Shown in pieces: positions 40,704-50,998 of a stretch of DNA of 64,000 nucleotides. The notes under the pieces were generated by a model. It had not been told where the DNA came from. It did no database searches and worked only from the letters and a program-made list of their open reading frames with translations. Both the position numbers and the translations under genes were made by a program. Each line of letters opens with the position of its first letter. Position 1 is the first letter of the stretch. Source of the stretch: a plasmid; the sequence record CP080654.1; one strand, 5' to 3'.

Positions 40704-42659
40704 TTATTGCGCGGATTGCTGACTCATGATTTCCTTAATTCGTTCTCTGGTCTTATTGGTGAGCACATCGTTTTCCGGTATTTTTTGATTTTTCATCAGG
40801 TCGTCCATAAAGTTGGTGAAATCCAGCTTGTTAAAATCAATCCCCTGGAGTTCCGCGACGGTAATGCCCCGACAGTCAGGACTGCTGGCGCCGCCAAAAC
40901 CGATATGCAGCTGACCGTTTCTTCCCTGCTGCTGAACGATCTGCGCCAGTTTTGAGTCGAACTGGCAATAGCTCCTTTTTTTCTCCAGGCAAATCCCCAG
41001 AACCTTTTTAGAGCAGAATTCCCCTATACTGACCGTCAGCTTGTCTTTTTTCGCTTTGGCCAGCGCCTTTTCCTCGCTGCTGCAGCGTGCCAGCCCCACA
41101 TCCTGGCCCCAGCCGCTGTCTTTGCAGCAGTTACTGAAGCCGGCAGCAAACTTCTTACAGAACTTCGCTTTTCCGGTGAATGCCCGGACATCCACCCCGT
41201 TCAGTGCCGCGACGTCCTTCCCCGCGGCAGCCAGTGCCGCCAGCTCAGACACCGCCTGCCCAAAGTCGTTGCTCTTCCCGGACGTGGCTTTGTCACATTC
41301 ACCATCAAGGCAGAAGACATCACCGCCGCAGATCATTTGCTTGCCACTCGTCCTGGTTTCGCAGGAATACGTTGCATATTCATGCAGGCACGTGCCTTCC
41401 TCGCTGGAGAAGGCGCACTGGCGGGATGACAGAGTACAGGCCGTATTTTTCATCAGGCTTTCACAGGAGCCGTTGTCCGCCGGCTGCGTGAGCCAGGTAT
41501 CCTTATATTTCCAGCAGGCCTCCGTGAACGAGTAATCCCTGCCTCCGAGGGTGATGGTTCGCGTTCCTCCCGGACTGATACATTCCTCGCCCGTTTTTTT
41601 TCCTTCATCCTTACTGAACGGACAGCTTTCAACCCAGACGACTTCAGGTGCATAGACGGTTTCGGTTTCTTCCATCACCAGGGTGACCGTGACCTGTACG
41701 GGTTTCTGGCTGGCCGATGATACGGTCCGTGATGTTTTGCTTACTGAAAAGTTCTGCCCAGCAGTGACCGCTTTGTCCACACCAAACGACTGATGAATCT
41801 TCCCCTTCCCGTCATAGGTATATTTCGTACAATGCGTGTTCTGACCGCCTGAACACATCGATTCTGAACGTGGCCAGTTGATCACATCAATGGGGAACGT
41901 TCGTTCAAAGAGGGTCAGGCTTTCACTCACTGCACTCTTGCAGCTATCCCGCACCTTCCCTTCGGAATCGCATTCTTCAATCCAGGGGATCACCAGAGGC
42001 TCACCATCCACCGAGGCATTCAGCAGACGACCGTTGGTCGGGATCGTCAGGTTGCCACTCCATTGCCGGGTACTCCGGGCATAATTCAGCGTCACCACCT
42101 GCTGATAGGTTCGGTTAACTTTCTGTGTGGTGGCGTTATCCTTCAGGGTCGCTTCCCGTGTGCAAAAATTTTCCACCTGCAGATCACGTTCGCAGGTATG
42201 GTTTGTGAACTCACTGCGGTTCACAACCTGGGCGGTACAGGACTGTCCGGTATCGCCGACAATGCTGTCGGCACGGGATTCTGTATCCTTTGCGGCCTGA
42301 ATAAACGGCGCATCCTGAGATATCTGATCCGGTGGCCGGTTCGTGAACGACTCCGTAATCGCTTTGCCGGTATCTCCCTGGCTGAACTCCAGGGCTGAAT
42401 CGCTTTTCAGAGAGCTGTCTCCGCTGGCAGTGACGCCGCCATAGTATTTTGTCTGATCAGGGCTGTCGGTATACCCCGGCAGGTTTTGCTCACCACTGAA
42501 ATTTTTCAGTGAGTTCAGACCATTGCCCTGCACCTGTTTCGCAAAATCCGAACCAGCTTTATAGTCGCTTCCTCTGTCAGCACAGGCTGGGGATGCCAGC
42601 CAGATAAAGGCGCTCAGGACAAAAAAATGCGCAGTCAGCACGGAAATAACCGTCTTCAT
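40704..42659 (-). CDS. traN: Mating pair stabilisation outer-membrane protein TraN (651 aa, Cys-rich)
   Basis: Signal peptide, many conserved cysteines, position. Confidence 0.9.
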   Translation of the reverse strand: MKTVISVLTAHFFVLSAFIWLASPACADRGSDYKAGSDFAKQVQGNGLNSLKNFSGEQNLPGYTDSPDQTKYYGGVTASGDSSLKSDSALEFSQGDTGKAITESFTNRPPDQISQDAPFIQAAKDTESRADSIVGDTGQSCTAQVVNRSEFTNHTCERDLQVENFCTREATLKDNATTQKVNRTYQQVVTLNYARSTRQWSGNLTIPTNGRLLNASVDGEPLVIPWIEECDSEGKVRDSCKSAVSESLTLFERTFPIDVINWPRSESMCSGGQNTHCTKYTYDGKGKIHQSFGVDKAVTAGQNFSVSKTSRTVSSASQKPVQVTVTLVMEETETVYAPEVVWVESCPFSKDEGKKTGEECISPGGTRTITLGGRDYSFTEACWKYKDTWLTQPADNGSCESLMKNTACTLSSRQCAFSSEEGTCLHEYATYSCETRTSGKQMICGGDVFCLDGECDKATSGKSNDFGQAVSELAALAAAGKDVAALNGVDVRAFTGKAKFCKKFAAGFSNCCKDSGWGQDVGLARCSSEEKALAKAKKDKLTVSIGEFCSKKVLGICLEKKRSYCQFDSKLAQIVQQQGRNGQLHIGFGGASSPDCRGITVAELQGIDFNKLDFTNFMDDLMKNQKIPENDVLTNKTRERIKEIMSQQSAQ

Positions 42660-42717
42660 TTCTGCCCTCCCTCATCCCTCACCATTTCCGGTAACGCTAT
42701 GAAGTACGGTCTGTCTT

Positions 42718-43356
42718 TCATGGCTGGCTCCCGGCGGCATTCGAGGGCGCATCAAGCATCTGCCGGGCCACCTGTGCGCAGTCACCGGTTTGTGCCACTT
42801 TCTCCAGCGCCTGTTTGACGTGAATGTTACCGCGTACCACGTCATATCCGGCCTGACACCGTACCACCAGAGACGGCACACTCCGGATGCTGTACTGCGT
42901 GTACAGTGTCGGGTCGATCTGCACGCCGTCGGTCACGCCATCCTTCACCAGCTGCAGCACCGCGTCAGTGGTGGTCTTCATGTCGTTATTGACGAGCCCA
43001 CGCAGTGTCGCCGGAATGCCGTACTGCCGGGTTTCGTGCAGCATCCGCTTCAGCCCCTCTTCAGGTATCGAGAAGGAGACAAAGTACAGCGCCCCTTCTG
43101 CCGGCTTTTCCTGATTCGCCGCTTTCTGCTGGCTGACCAGATTATCGATAAACTGGCGGTCTGATTTGGGCAGAGGATTACGGTTGATTTGCGCCTCAAG
43201 CTCCTGCTGCAGCTGTTTATCCGGATGCTGGCGCAGCTGTTCGCTGAGGGTCTCCTGCTGCTTCAGCCATTCTCTGTCTGTAACAGAGGAGGTTTCAGCC
43301 AACACCGCTCGTCCGGTCAGCAAAAGCATGACCATAAACAGATTCATTAATTTCAT
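42718..43356 (-). CDS. trbC: TrbC pilus assembly protein (212 aa)
   Basis: Family similarity and length identical to F TrbC. Confidence 0.85.
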   Translation of the reverse strand: MKLMNLFMVMLLLTGRAVLAETSSVTDREWLKQQETLSEQLRQHPDKQLQQELEAQINRNPLPKSDRQFIDNLVSQQKAANQEKPAEGALYFVSFSIPEEGLKRMLHETRQYGIPATLRGLVNNDMKTTTDAVLQLVKDGVTDGVQIDPTLYTQYSIRSVPSLVVRCQAGYDVVRGNIHVKQALEKVAQTGDCAQVARQMLDAPSNAAGSQP

Positions 43357-43368
43357 GAGAGACTCCTG

Positions 43369-44358
43369 TCAGAGAAAGACACAATTGCGTTTACGCCACA
43401 TCAGATAGCCATAGTTCTTACGGGTGTTGGGTGGATTTTTACCGGCCTCCCAGCGCATCACGCTGCGCCCCACGGGATGGCATTGGCCGCTGTCCGGGTA
43501 CATGTTCACCATCTGATAGCGCCAGCGCTCTTTGGGGATGATCGGGGACGGATACTCATAGCAGACCGCCTTGTCCTTCCCGATGCTCTCCATAATTTGT
43601 CCCTGCCGGTGAAGCTTGTACGCCATGCGCTCGCTGACAAGTAACGAGGACTGCAGCGGACTGGACTCGTTGCTTACCCAGCCGCTAAACGGGTACATCG
43701 AACCCTGAGAGCCGGCACACCAGAACAGAATATCGAGTGGCATATGAAACGCGCTGGCCATAGCGTCAGCCGCGCACGCCCCCTGTGCGATGGGGTTGGC
43801 AAACAGGATGGCTTCCGGATTCAGAATGGTGGTGAGGCTGCTGTCCACCCAGGTCGGGTCAATCTCGGACAGATAGGCTATATCCATGTCTCCGCCTTCC
43901 AGACACCCTGCCGAAGTGATGATGTTCAGCCAGTACGTCAGCGGGTACTTGTACCAGTGAACGTGATAGAAGGCGCCGTTCACCTGCTTATCGTCCTTTC
44001 TCGCGGTCCCCATGCCGGTCTTGCCGAGATTGATACTGAAGCCCCCCAGATTGACCATACAGCCTGGCGAACGGCTGACGTCCGTCATGGCCATCGGTTC
44101 CCAGTACCCGATGGCCAGGCCGGGACGAACAAAAAGCGGTGGCGGCGCCGGACACAGCTGCAGGGGACTACCCGGATTGCTGGTATCAGGCAGATCGCCT
44201 TTACCAACCTGCACGCTGCCGAGTGATAAAGGAAATATGCAGCGCCAGCACACATCGGTGATCGGGTTGACGAATCGACCTTCACACGACGGATCTGCAT
44301 GTACCTGAGGGACTAACGAAAAAAACAGGAGGATAAACAAAAATGATATTTTTCTCAT
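43369..44358 (-). CDS. traU: TraU pilus assembly protein (329 aa)
   Basis: Highly conserved TraU sequence. Confidence 0.95.
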   Translation of the reverse strand: MRKISFLFILLFFSLVPQVHADPSCEGRFVNPITDVCWRCIFPLSLGSVQVGKGDLPDTSNPGSPLQLCPAPPPLFVRPGLAIGYWEPMAMTDVSRSPGCMVNLGGFSINLGKTGMGTARKDDKQVNGAFYHVHWYKYPLTYWLNIITSAGCLEGGDMDIAYLSEIDPTWVDSSLTTILNPEAILFANPIAQGACAADAMASAFHMPLDILFWCAGSQGSMYPFSGWVSNESSPLQSSLLVSERMAYKLHRQGQIMESIGKDKAVCYEYPSPIIPKERWRYQMVNMYPDSGQCHPVGRSVMRWEAGKNPPNTRKNYGYLMWRKRNCVFL

Positions 44359-44789
44359 TGATTATCCCTTCCCCTGAATTTTTCCCAGATGTTGTTTACA
44401 CCATCGATTATTTCTTTCTGCTTTTTTAAATCCTGTCCCTTAGCGAACTCCTTCAGCACACTGGAAATAAACTCCAGCCTGTAAACCTTACGCCAGAACG
44501 AGTCCTCATCATGTGGTTTTAAAAGAAAAAGCTCATCCAAATCCTTTTCCATATCGCTGATGAGATACTTTGCTTTTCCTTCAACATACCGACAATACCG
44601 CCCCTTCTGTATTTCATAATCGTCAATTCTTTCTTTCAGAAGTCTTTCACATTCACGTCGGTGGTTAATTTCTTTATTTTGTCGAACCACCGTAAGCCAC
44701 TGAACAACAATTAATGCTGCGAGAGCAATCTCGGTAATAGTCATATAATCACCTGACAAATAATCGTAATTCGGAATCGTACGGGTCAA
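44355..44789 (-). CDS. Hypothetical protein (144 aa as listed; alternative start MTITEIAL.. at 44744) inserted between traW and traU
   Basis: AT-rich ORF with N-terminal TM helix; no equivalent in F. Confidence 0.4.
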   Translation of the reverse strand: MTRTIPNYDYLSGDYMTITEIALAALIVVQWLTVVRQNKEINHRRECERLLKERIDDYEIQKGRYCRYVEGKAKYLISDMEKDLDELFLLKPHDEDSFWRKVYRLEFISSVLKEFAKGQDLKKQKEIIDGVNNIWEKFRGRDNQ

Positions 44790-45412
44790 CGGACGGGAAA
44801 CACCTCAATATTCAGCCGTTCACCGGAGGGCGCCGGCGTGATCCGCGCCGGGACCGCCGTCAGGCCAAATCGCTTGCTCAGTACACCGTTCTGGTCGAAA
44901 TAGATCCGGCTGTCCAGCGCTGCGGAGGTGTCCGGGATACTGCCACGCACCAGGATAATTTTGCTCATCAGGGTTTCCGGCACCTGACGCTTCATCCAGG
45001 CCAGCTGGTCGGCATCGTCTCCATTGATGAAGTACAGGGTCTGGACAAACGGTACGGTTTTAAGCGGGTTCACCACATCGCCCTTGCGGGCAAACACCCG
45101 CCCCTCATTGTCCTTCAGGTCTTCGGTCAGGCGGATGCTGGGATCAAACCAGCGCTGCTCGTATTTCTCCGCACGCTTAATGCCCTCCACCGGTGCCGGA
45201 CGCTGACTGTTCTCGATAACCCGCTGCTTAAACGCATCCATCGTCTGGTCCCACTGGCCAGAAGATTGCAGCGACTGCAGACGCTGCGTGATGAGCTGCA
45301 GCATGTCCTGCTCCCGGACGGGCCATAAATCCCCCCAGGTACCGAGATCAGCCGCCTGAGTCAGCGGCGATAGCAGACAGGCGGCGAGCAGACAGCCTTT
45401 CAGTCGTAACAT
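44786..45412 (-). CDS. traW: TraW pilus assembly protein
   Basis: Family similarity. Confidence 0.85.
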   Translation of the reverse strand: MLRLKGCLLAACLLSPLTQAADLGTWGDLWPVREQDMLQLITQRLQSLQSSGQWDQTMDAFKQRVIENSQRPAPVEGIKRAEKYEQRWFDPSIRLTEDLKDNEGRVFARKGDVVNPLKTVPFVQTLYFINGDDADQLAWMKRQVPETLMSKIILVRGSIPDTSAALDSRIYFDQNGVLSKRFGLTAVPARITPAPSGERLNIEVFPVR

Positions 45413-45804
45413 TACTGTTCTCCTTTCATGCGGCGGGCAATGTCGTGCTGGATGTTGCGGGTCACATCGGGCGCGCCCTGAACCACGGCAGGTGAAACCA
45501 GAATGACCACATGATGCTGCTGCTGATACTCCGCCAGACTCTTCTCCAGCGCGTCGTTAAACCGGTCAGAGAGCGCTTTTGACTGCGCTTCTGTCAGCTG
45601 CTTCTGACTGACACTGTCCATAAAGCTGTCGAGCGTCTTCTTCATATCAAAAGCCACCACCCGCGGCGTGGAGTACTCCAGAACCACGCGCGAGAGAAAC
45701 GCGCTGGTTGCCAGGGCGAAAAACACGAGAGCAACGATGACGGGTATCCGGCGAAAGGGATGAGAGGTCGTACTGACCGGTTGTTCGGTGTTGTTTTTCA
45801 TCAC
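45412..45804 (-). CDS. trbI: TrbI
   Basis: Position and size (130 aa), N-terminal TM. Confidence 0.75.
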   Translation of the reverse strand: MMKNNTEQPVSTTSHPFRRIPVIVALVFFALATSAFLSRVVLEYSTPRVVAFDMKKTLDSFMDSVSQKQLTEAQSKALSDRFNDALEKSLAEYQQQHHVVILVSPAVVQGAPDVTRNIQHDIARRMKGEQ

Positions 45805-48440
45805 TGTTTATCCTCGATGTCATTCACCGGTATTCGGGATTCAAGCTCTGCCATTTCGTCTTTAAAGTTGCGGCACGCCAGTCCGTATACCGCATCGTGG
45901 ATATCGACCCCCTCCTGCCGGCGCGCTTGCATGTACTCAAAATCCGGGCCTTTGGAGGAGTACATCGCCCGGCTGAGCGGGTCAACGAACAGGCGGTGCC
46001 AGGAGCAGTTCGCTTCCACCTGCAGCATAAAAGAGGAGAACCACTGCTCTTTGGCCGAACCGAAGCCGTTAATCATGTCTTTCTCCAGCTTGCTGAACTG
46101 ATCCGGGTACAGCTGGTTATACTTGGCAAATTCCTTCGCTGACTGCTTCAGAATGGCCTTGTACGACGAGTTCCCCCACGCTGCACGTGCGGCGCTGGAG
46201 GCGGTCGGGGAGTCGAAGTCGACGATGTTCTGCGTGATGGTGATGTATGCGCCGGTATGTCGACGCGCGGTACGGTAGCCTTTCTCGATAAACTGCCCCA
46301 CTTTTTCATTCTTGAAATCAAGGAGCTTCCAGCCCTCATCGATGACGTTCAGTTTTTTCAGGCCACGCGGTGACTGATACATCCTGTTCTCGATGTAAAT
46401 AATCAATGAAAACATCACAGCGATAAGCAGAGAGGGCCTCGACTCCAGGCCACCGAGTTCCAGTACCACCATCCGGGCATCATCGTGGAGTGTTGGTTTA
46501 TCTGAGTTGAAATAGTCCCCGTAGATCCCATTCACCGTGTACTGATCGAGCAGGATTATCATCTCGTCCAGACGGCCCCGGATTGTCGGGGAATCAGCAT
46601 ATTCATCGCTGTCCTTCGCGTCCTGTAAAAACTGCACTACGTCATCAACGCGTGCATGATTACGCTTGCTTAACCAGGCCGCCTGCACTGCCTGCAGAAG
46701 CAGGCCTTCATGGACTTCATCGAGGTTGCCGTTCGGACTGGCCATGACAGACATCTGATCGCGTATACGTTCTGCTGACATGTCGAAGTGAGCATCATCC
46801 AGCACGTTGGCGAACGGGTTAAACTTGAGGGTATCGCCATCGAGGTATACGCCCCCCATGTTTTCACACAGGGACTTATAGCCATCGCCCATGTCGAACA
46901 CCCAGGCAAACCCGCCGGAGTCGAGCACACTGCGAATGAGGGGCTGAATCAGACCGGTTTTACCCGCCCCGGACGTCCCGCAGACTGCCATGTTGAAATT
47001 GGTATTGTTCATTCCCTCGTAGAACAGGTCGATGAACGCCAGCTGATTTCGGTAGGTGGGCGCCAGGAGTCCCGCCGGCGCCAGCGGGCTGTCAGCGACG
47101 ATCGGCAGGAGGTTAGCCACCTGGAACGTCTCCGCCCGCTTCACCACGCCTGCCGCCTGCAGCTCTTTAAACAGGCCCTCACCACACTTGAACGGCATCA
47201 TGGCCAGAAAGTTACGCAGGTGATGGTAGCGGGCCGGGATCAGCTGGAAACCGCCTTTACGGTAACTGTTGAGCACCTGCTGTTCAGCGGCGAGAGAGGC
47301 CTCTGTGCTGTCTGCGGTGTACGTGGTGATATTAAAGAAGTAGGACACCAGGGAGGTCTGGTTGGTCGCCAGTCGCTGGCGGATATCGCCCCACTCCTGC
47401 ATTTCCTTTATCACGTTCGGAAAAAACTTCGCGTAGGAGGTTTTGCTTTTCTTCTCCACGTCCATGAATTTCATGTTGGCTTCATTCTGGGTCTTCACCT
47501 GGTCCTCCACCATCAGCGTCAGCGTGATGACAAAGGGGCAGGAGATGGAGAGCTCCGGGTTAAGCAGGTTGGCGTAGTTATCCGCGGAGGTCCAGAGGAA
47601 TGCCATTTCCGGATCACTCTCCAGATGGTAGCTCGTCACCCGGGTTACGCACTCTTTCCCGTCACGCCCCAGGCGGCCAATTTTCAGATGACCGGCGGTG
47701 ACCTGCATATCAAAGCTGTCATCGACACACTGATAGTTCAGATCCTGATAGGGGTCCAGCTTATACGGTACGCGGTACATCTCGTGCGGGTCCGGGTTTA
47801 TAAGCTCGCGCATCAGTTCGACCAGCCCGGCAGCATCAAGGATACGCGTCGGAATATAGGCACCGCCCAGTGACGCCCGCAGGATTTTAATCTGGTTCTC
47901 CATCTCCACAATTTGCGTGGTGGAGTTTTTCTTCCGGGGCACGCAGCAGGAGATGTACACGCGGTAGTTACGCAGCGTCAGGGGTAAATCCAGTGCAGGA
48001 GGCAGGGGGAACTTCGTCTCCGCTGCCCGGAGATAGTAGGCCTGGGTGATGGCGTTAAACTTCTTAGCCTGTTTACCGCTCCAGCGGAATTCACGCAGAC
48101 CGTAGTCGATATCATTGCCGACCAGTTTGCTGGAGACCAGATGAAAACTGACCGGGACGCCCCGTGGAAGTTTGCTGCGCAGTAAATGCTCCAGTGTGGC
48201 GACGATACTTTTATCCGCACCGGGTAAAGGACGCGCCTCAAACATAAAACCGATGGTTTTGTTATTAATAAACAGCCCGGTCGCGGAATCATAATCCTTA
48301 TAGGGCAAAATACGGCTGAACTGGGGGAAATTCATGCTGCCCAGCGTGTCATTGGCTTTCGCGGATTCGTCGGGCAGCTTCAGTGCTGATACCAGTGAAT
48401 TCACTGCCTGGGTGACGGCATCGATGATGTTATTACTCAT
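45801..48440 (-). CDS. traC: VirB4-type ATPase TraC (879 aa)
   Basis: Walker A GTSGAGKT; length equal to F TraC. Confidence 0.95.
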   Translation of the reverse strand: MSNNIIDAVTQAVNSLVSALKLPDESAKANDTLGSMNFPQFSRILPYKDYDSATGLFINNKTIGFMFEARPLPGADKSIVATLEHLLRSKLPRGVPVSFHLVSSKLVGNDIDYGLREFRWSGKQAKKFNAITQAYYLRAAETKFPLPPALDLPLTLRNYRVYISCCVPRKKNSTTQIVEMENQIKILRASLGGAYIPTRILDAAGLVELMRELINPDPHEMYRVPYKLDPYQDLNYQCVDDSFDMQVTAGHLKIGRLGRDGKECVTRVTSYHLESDPEMAFLWTSADNYANLLNPELSISCPFVITLTLMVEDQVKTQNEANMKFMDVEKKSKTSYAKFFPNVIKEMQEWGDIRQRLATNQTSLVSYFFNITTYTADSTEASLAAEQQVLNSYRKGGFQLIPARYHHLRNFLAMMPFKCGEGLFKELQAAGVVKRAETFQVANLLPIVADSPLAPAGLLAPTYRNQLAFIDLFYEGMNNTNFNMAVCGTSGAGKTGLIQPLIRSVLDSGGFAWVFDMGDGYKSLCENMGGVYLDGDTLKFNPFANVLDDAHFDMSAERIRDQMSVMASPNGNLDEVHEGLLLQAVQAAWLSKRNHARVDDVVQFLQDAKDSDEYADSPTIRGRLDEMIILLDQYTVNGIYGDYFNSDKPTLHDDARMVVLELGGLESRPSLLIAVMFSLIIYIENRMYQSPRGLKKLNVIDEGWKLLDFKNEKVGQFIEKGYRTARRHTGAYITITQNIVDFDSPTASSAARAAWGNSSYKAILKQSAKEFAKYNQLYPDQFSKLEKDMINGFGSAKEQWFSSFMLQVEANCSWHRLFVDPLSRAMYSSKGPDFEYMQARRQEGVDIHDAVYGLACRNFKDEMAELESRIPVNDIEDKQ

Positions 48441-48511
48441 GCGGGCGTTCCTTTAAGAGCATTTCAAAATAACAAGGGTAATAAATGGCAAGAAGAATAT
48501 TCATATCCGCA

Positions 48512-48910
48512 CTAGAATCTCCTTCTTATAATGGAAAGCACTGGAATAAAAAACAATAAACACATGGAGGCAATAATCTGACCCATAAAGATCGAATCCA
48601 ACAACACCTCCCCTTGCCACAAACAAATAAGCAGAGTGATAAATAATAAAACCACATGAAAGAAAACAATCAGGAACAGAATGTTCGCTGAGAACTCCCC
48701 ATCACCAACTTCCACCTCTAAGCAGAAAAAATAAAATACACACAGACTACAGATAATATAGACGCCTTCATGTCGAATACCCTGAAGGAAATCAGCAGAA
48801 AACTCTCCTGTCAGTCCATTGTAAGTCAACCGGGCGCCCAGATAGATGAGCCAGTAGACTGGAGGGATAAACAAAAATCCATACTTTCGAAGAAACAGCA
48901 TCATATCCAT
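48512..48910 (-). CDS. Hypothetical polytopic membrane protein (132 aa), AT-rich insert between traV and traC
   Basis: ORF, multiple TM helices. Confidence 0.4.
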   Translation of the reverse strand: MDMMLFLRKYGFLFIPPVYWLIYLGARLTYNGLTGEFSADFLQGIRHEGVYIICSLCVFYFFCLEVEVGDGEFSANILFLIVFFHVVLLFITLLICLWQGEVLLDSIFMGQIIASMCLLFFIPVLSIIRRRF

Positions 48911-48917
48911 CCCCTGA

Positions 48918-49328
48918 TTATTTGCTCATATCGTTCAGTGCGTTAAGTTGTTTTTCACGTACTGCTTTAATCTCTTCTTTATCCTTGCATTCTGATGCCA
49001 TCTTTTTTGCGTCACCAAAAGTTAATGTTGCTGACGAAGTCACAGTATTAGTTTGAAGAGCCATCCGAAAAGCCTCACCCGCGCAAGGCGCATCATGAAT
49101 AATACTTTGCAGTTGTTCTGGAGTGGCGGGCTGCATATCGCGAAAATCTTCATACTGCACAAAAAAATATCCAGCTAACCAAAAAAAAAGAAGAATCAAA
49201 AAAATACCATATGGCAGATCAAAACGTTTCAATTCTTGCCTTTCTTTTTCATCGGCCTTTATTATTAAATCCCGGGAGCGCTCTTCAATTTCTTGTTGTC
49301 TTTCCATTGTTCCATCCCTACCGGTCAA
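48918..49328 (-). CDS. Hypothetical single-pass membrane protein (136 aa), AT-rich insert
   Basis: ORF; charged N-terminus, one TM. Confidence 0.4.
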   Translation of the reverse strand: MTGRDGTMERQQEIEERSRDLIIKADEKERQELKRFDLPYGIFLILLFFWLAGYFFVQYEDFRDMQPATPEQLQSIIHDAPCAGEAFRMALQTNTVTSSATLTFGDAKKMASECKDKEEIKAVREKQLNALNDMSK

Positions 49329-49349
49329 TCCAGTTTGTTAATCAGCATT

Positions 49350-49784
49350 TCATTTTGAGTTAGCTTTATATAATTCCCACTGATGGATATAGGAATAATA
49401 CTGCCCCCCAGGCACATTAATGATGATGCCATCACAGTCCAGTTTATTAACAGGGCTGGTAAAAGCGCCTGTCGGCATGTTTACCTCAAGTGTCCGGCAG
49501 TCATCTTTCCAGTGTCTACCTGCTTCAAGTTCATCCATCGAAAATGAGTGAATGGAGATAACGAACATCCCGGAAAACCCAACCACCGCTATAAGCGCAC
49601 AGTATATGAATGTATCGCCTCTGTTAACTCGAAGATTGAATTTTTCAGGGATGGCAACCATTGCCATCGCACCGACCACACCAATAACAAAAAGAATCAG
49701 GCATATACCGTTAAGCCATGCAACGTTATGTCCAAGTATATAGTACGCTTTCACTTTCTTATTCCTTATGCTGCATACTTTCAA
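49350..49784 (-). CDS. Hypothetical membrane protein (144 aa), AT-rich insert
   Basis: ORF; 2 TM plus C-terminal soluble part. Confidence 0.4.
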   Translation of the reverse strand: MKVCSIRNKKVKAYYILGHNVAWLNGICLILFVIGVVGAMAMVAIPEKFNLRVNRGDTFIYCALIAVVGFSGMFVISIHSFSMDELEAGRHWKDDCRTLEVNMPTGAFTSPVNKLDCDGIIINVPGGQYYSYIHQWELYKANSK

Positions 49785-49820
49785 ATAACGTGAGATTGTT
49801 AATACTGACCATCGGTCTTT

Positions 49821-50132
49821 CTATTCACCTTCCCCCATCCGACAAAAGGAATAAATCAAGACATAAAACATATAAAAGATCACTGTGGCCGTAAAAAACC
49901 CCGTTATTACTGACAGCGTCAAATCAGGAGAGCCGCTCCACATACTTTTATCCTTAAATACAACGAAAGAAAAGAAAGCACTGAACCCAACAAGACCCAG
50001 TAACATTAAAATATGAGTAAGGGTATCCTTTACAAAAATGCTCATAACTATATACCCGTAACCACAGATAATGATTGCCATTGCAAAAAAAAGTCGAACA
50101 AAACCATCAAAACTTAACTGGTATTCAGCCAT
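49821..50132 (-). CDS. Hypothetical polytopic membrane protein (103 aa), AT-rich insert
   Basis: ORF; 3 TM helices. Confidence 0.4.
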   Translation of the reverse strand: MAEYQLSFDGFVRLFFAMAIIICGYGYIVMSIFVKDTLTHILMLLGLVGFSAFFSFVVFKDKSMWSGSPDLTLSVITGFFTATVIFYMFYVLIYSFCRMGEGE

Positions 50133-50351
50133 TTACCCACCCTCACTCAATGTTTCCATCACGCTGCTCAAAGGCTCGCGGGTTTTAATTTCAATGCACT
50201 CTCCTGTATTACTTCCGTAACCTCTGCCTCCACGTTCTTCGAGTACCCGTAGCATTTTTATGCAGACATCAGTATTAGGCATGGGAGTAATATCCCAAAT
50301 ACCACCGCCACTACTCGGTGTCATCAGTACCAGAAAAATAAATGCATGCAT
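50133..50351 (-). CDS. Hypothetical 72-aa protein with cleavable-looking N-terminal hydrophobic segment, AT-rich insert
   Basis: ORF abutting the preceding gene. Confidence 0.3.
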   Translation of the reverse strand: MHAFIFLVLMTPSSGGGIWDITPMPNTDVCIKMLRVLEERGGRGYGSNTGECIEIKTREPLSSVMETLSEGG

Positions 50352-50456
50352 ACTTTATTGCCTTTATTTATATACTTGTCAGTAGAAAAAAACAGGCTAT
50401 ATCCTGCCAATAAAAATAACAGCGCCATCTTCCATTTGAATAATTCATCCATAACG

Positions 50457-50909
50457 TTACTTACCTTCCGTGCGAAGTTTATTAACCGCTGTCTTATCCC
50501 TGTATTTCACATCCATATACCGTGTTACGCCATCCGGGCAAGACCAGGCATCTTTTGCTTTAGCCAGAAACCCTGCCTGCTGTGCTTCAAATGCGGAGAC
50601 TCTGCAGTTTTTCAGGGTATAGATGACATCCTGTTTATTGGTTTGAATCTGTTTGTATGTTGACTCAGGCTCAATAAAGACAAACACTTCTGTTATCGCG
50701 ACGACAATACACATTATCAGAATGATTGCCTTACCCCACCAGGACACAAACAACCGCTGTAAAAAGAAAGACATAACTGCGGCAGTGCCAACAATCAGCA
50801 TCAACATAAAAATATATGACGATTCCTCGCACAAAAGCATCCAGAGATATTTAATTGACTCAGTCACTTTCGAAATCCTTTCATTTTTCGTAATCAGTTT
50901 TAAGTTCAC
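50457..50909 (-). CDS. Hypothetical membrane protein (150 aa), AT-rich insert
   Basis: ORF; 2 TM plus soluble C-terminal domain. Confidence 0.4.
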   Translation of the reverse strand: MNLKLITKNERISKVTESIKYLWMLLCEESSYIFMLMLIVGTAAVMSFFLQRLFVSWWGKAIILIMCIVVAITEVFVFIEPESTYKQIQTNKQDVIYTLKNCRVSAFEAQQAGFLAKAKDAWSCPDGVTRYMDVKYRDKTAVNKLRTEGK

Positions 50910-50998
50910 ACGCTACCGCCCATCCCTTTCAACGCAGAGGGCACTCGTTATAATTCAGAAATGTAAACTTACTGCAGCGCCAGTAATGGCGCTGTGAA

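Noticed and set aside
46788-47873. 361-aa + strand ORF opposite traC
   Set aside because: Antisense shadow ORF within traC.
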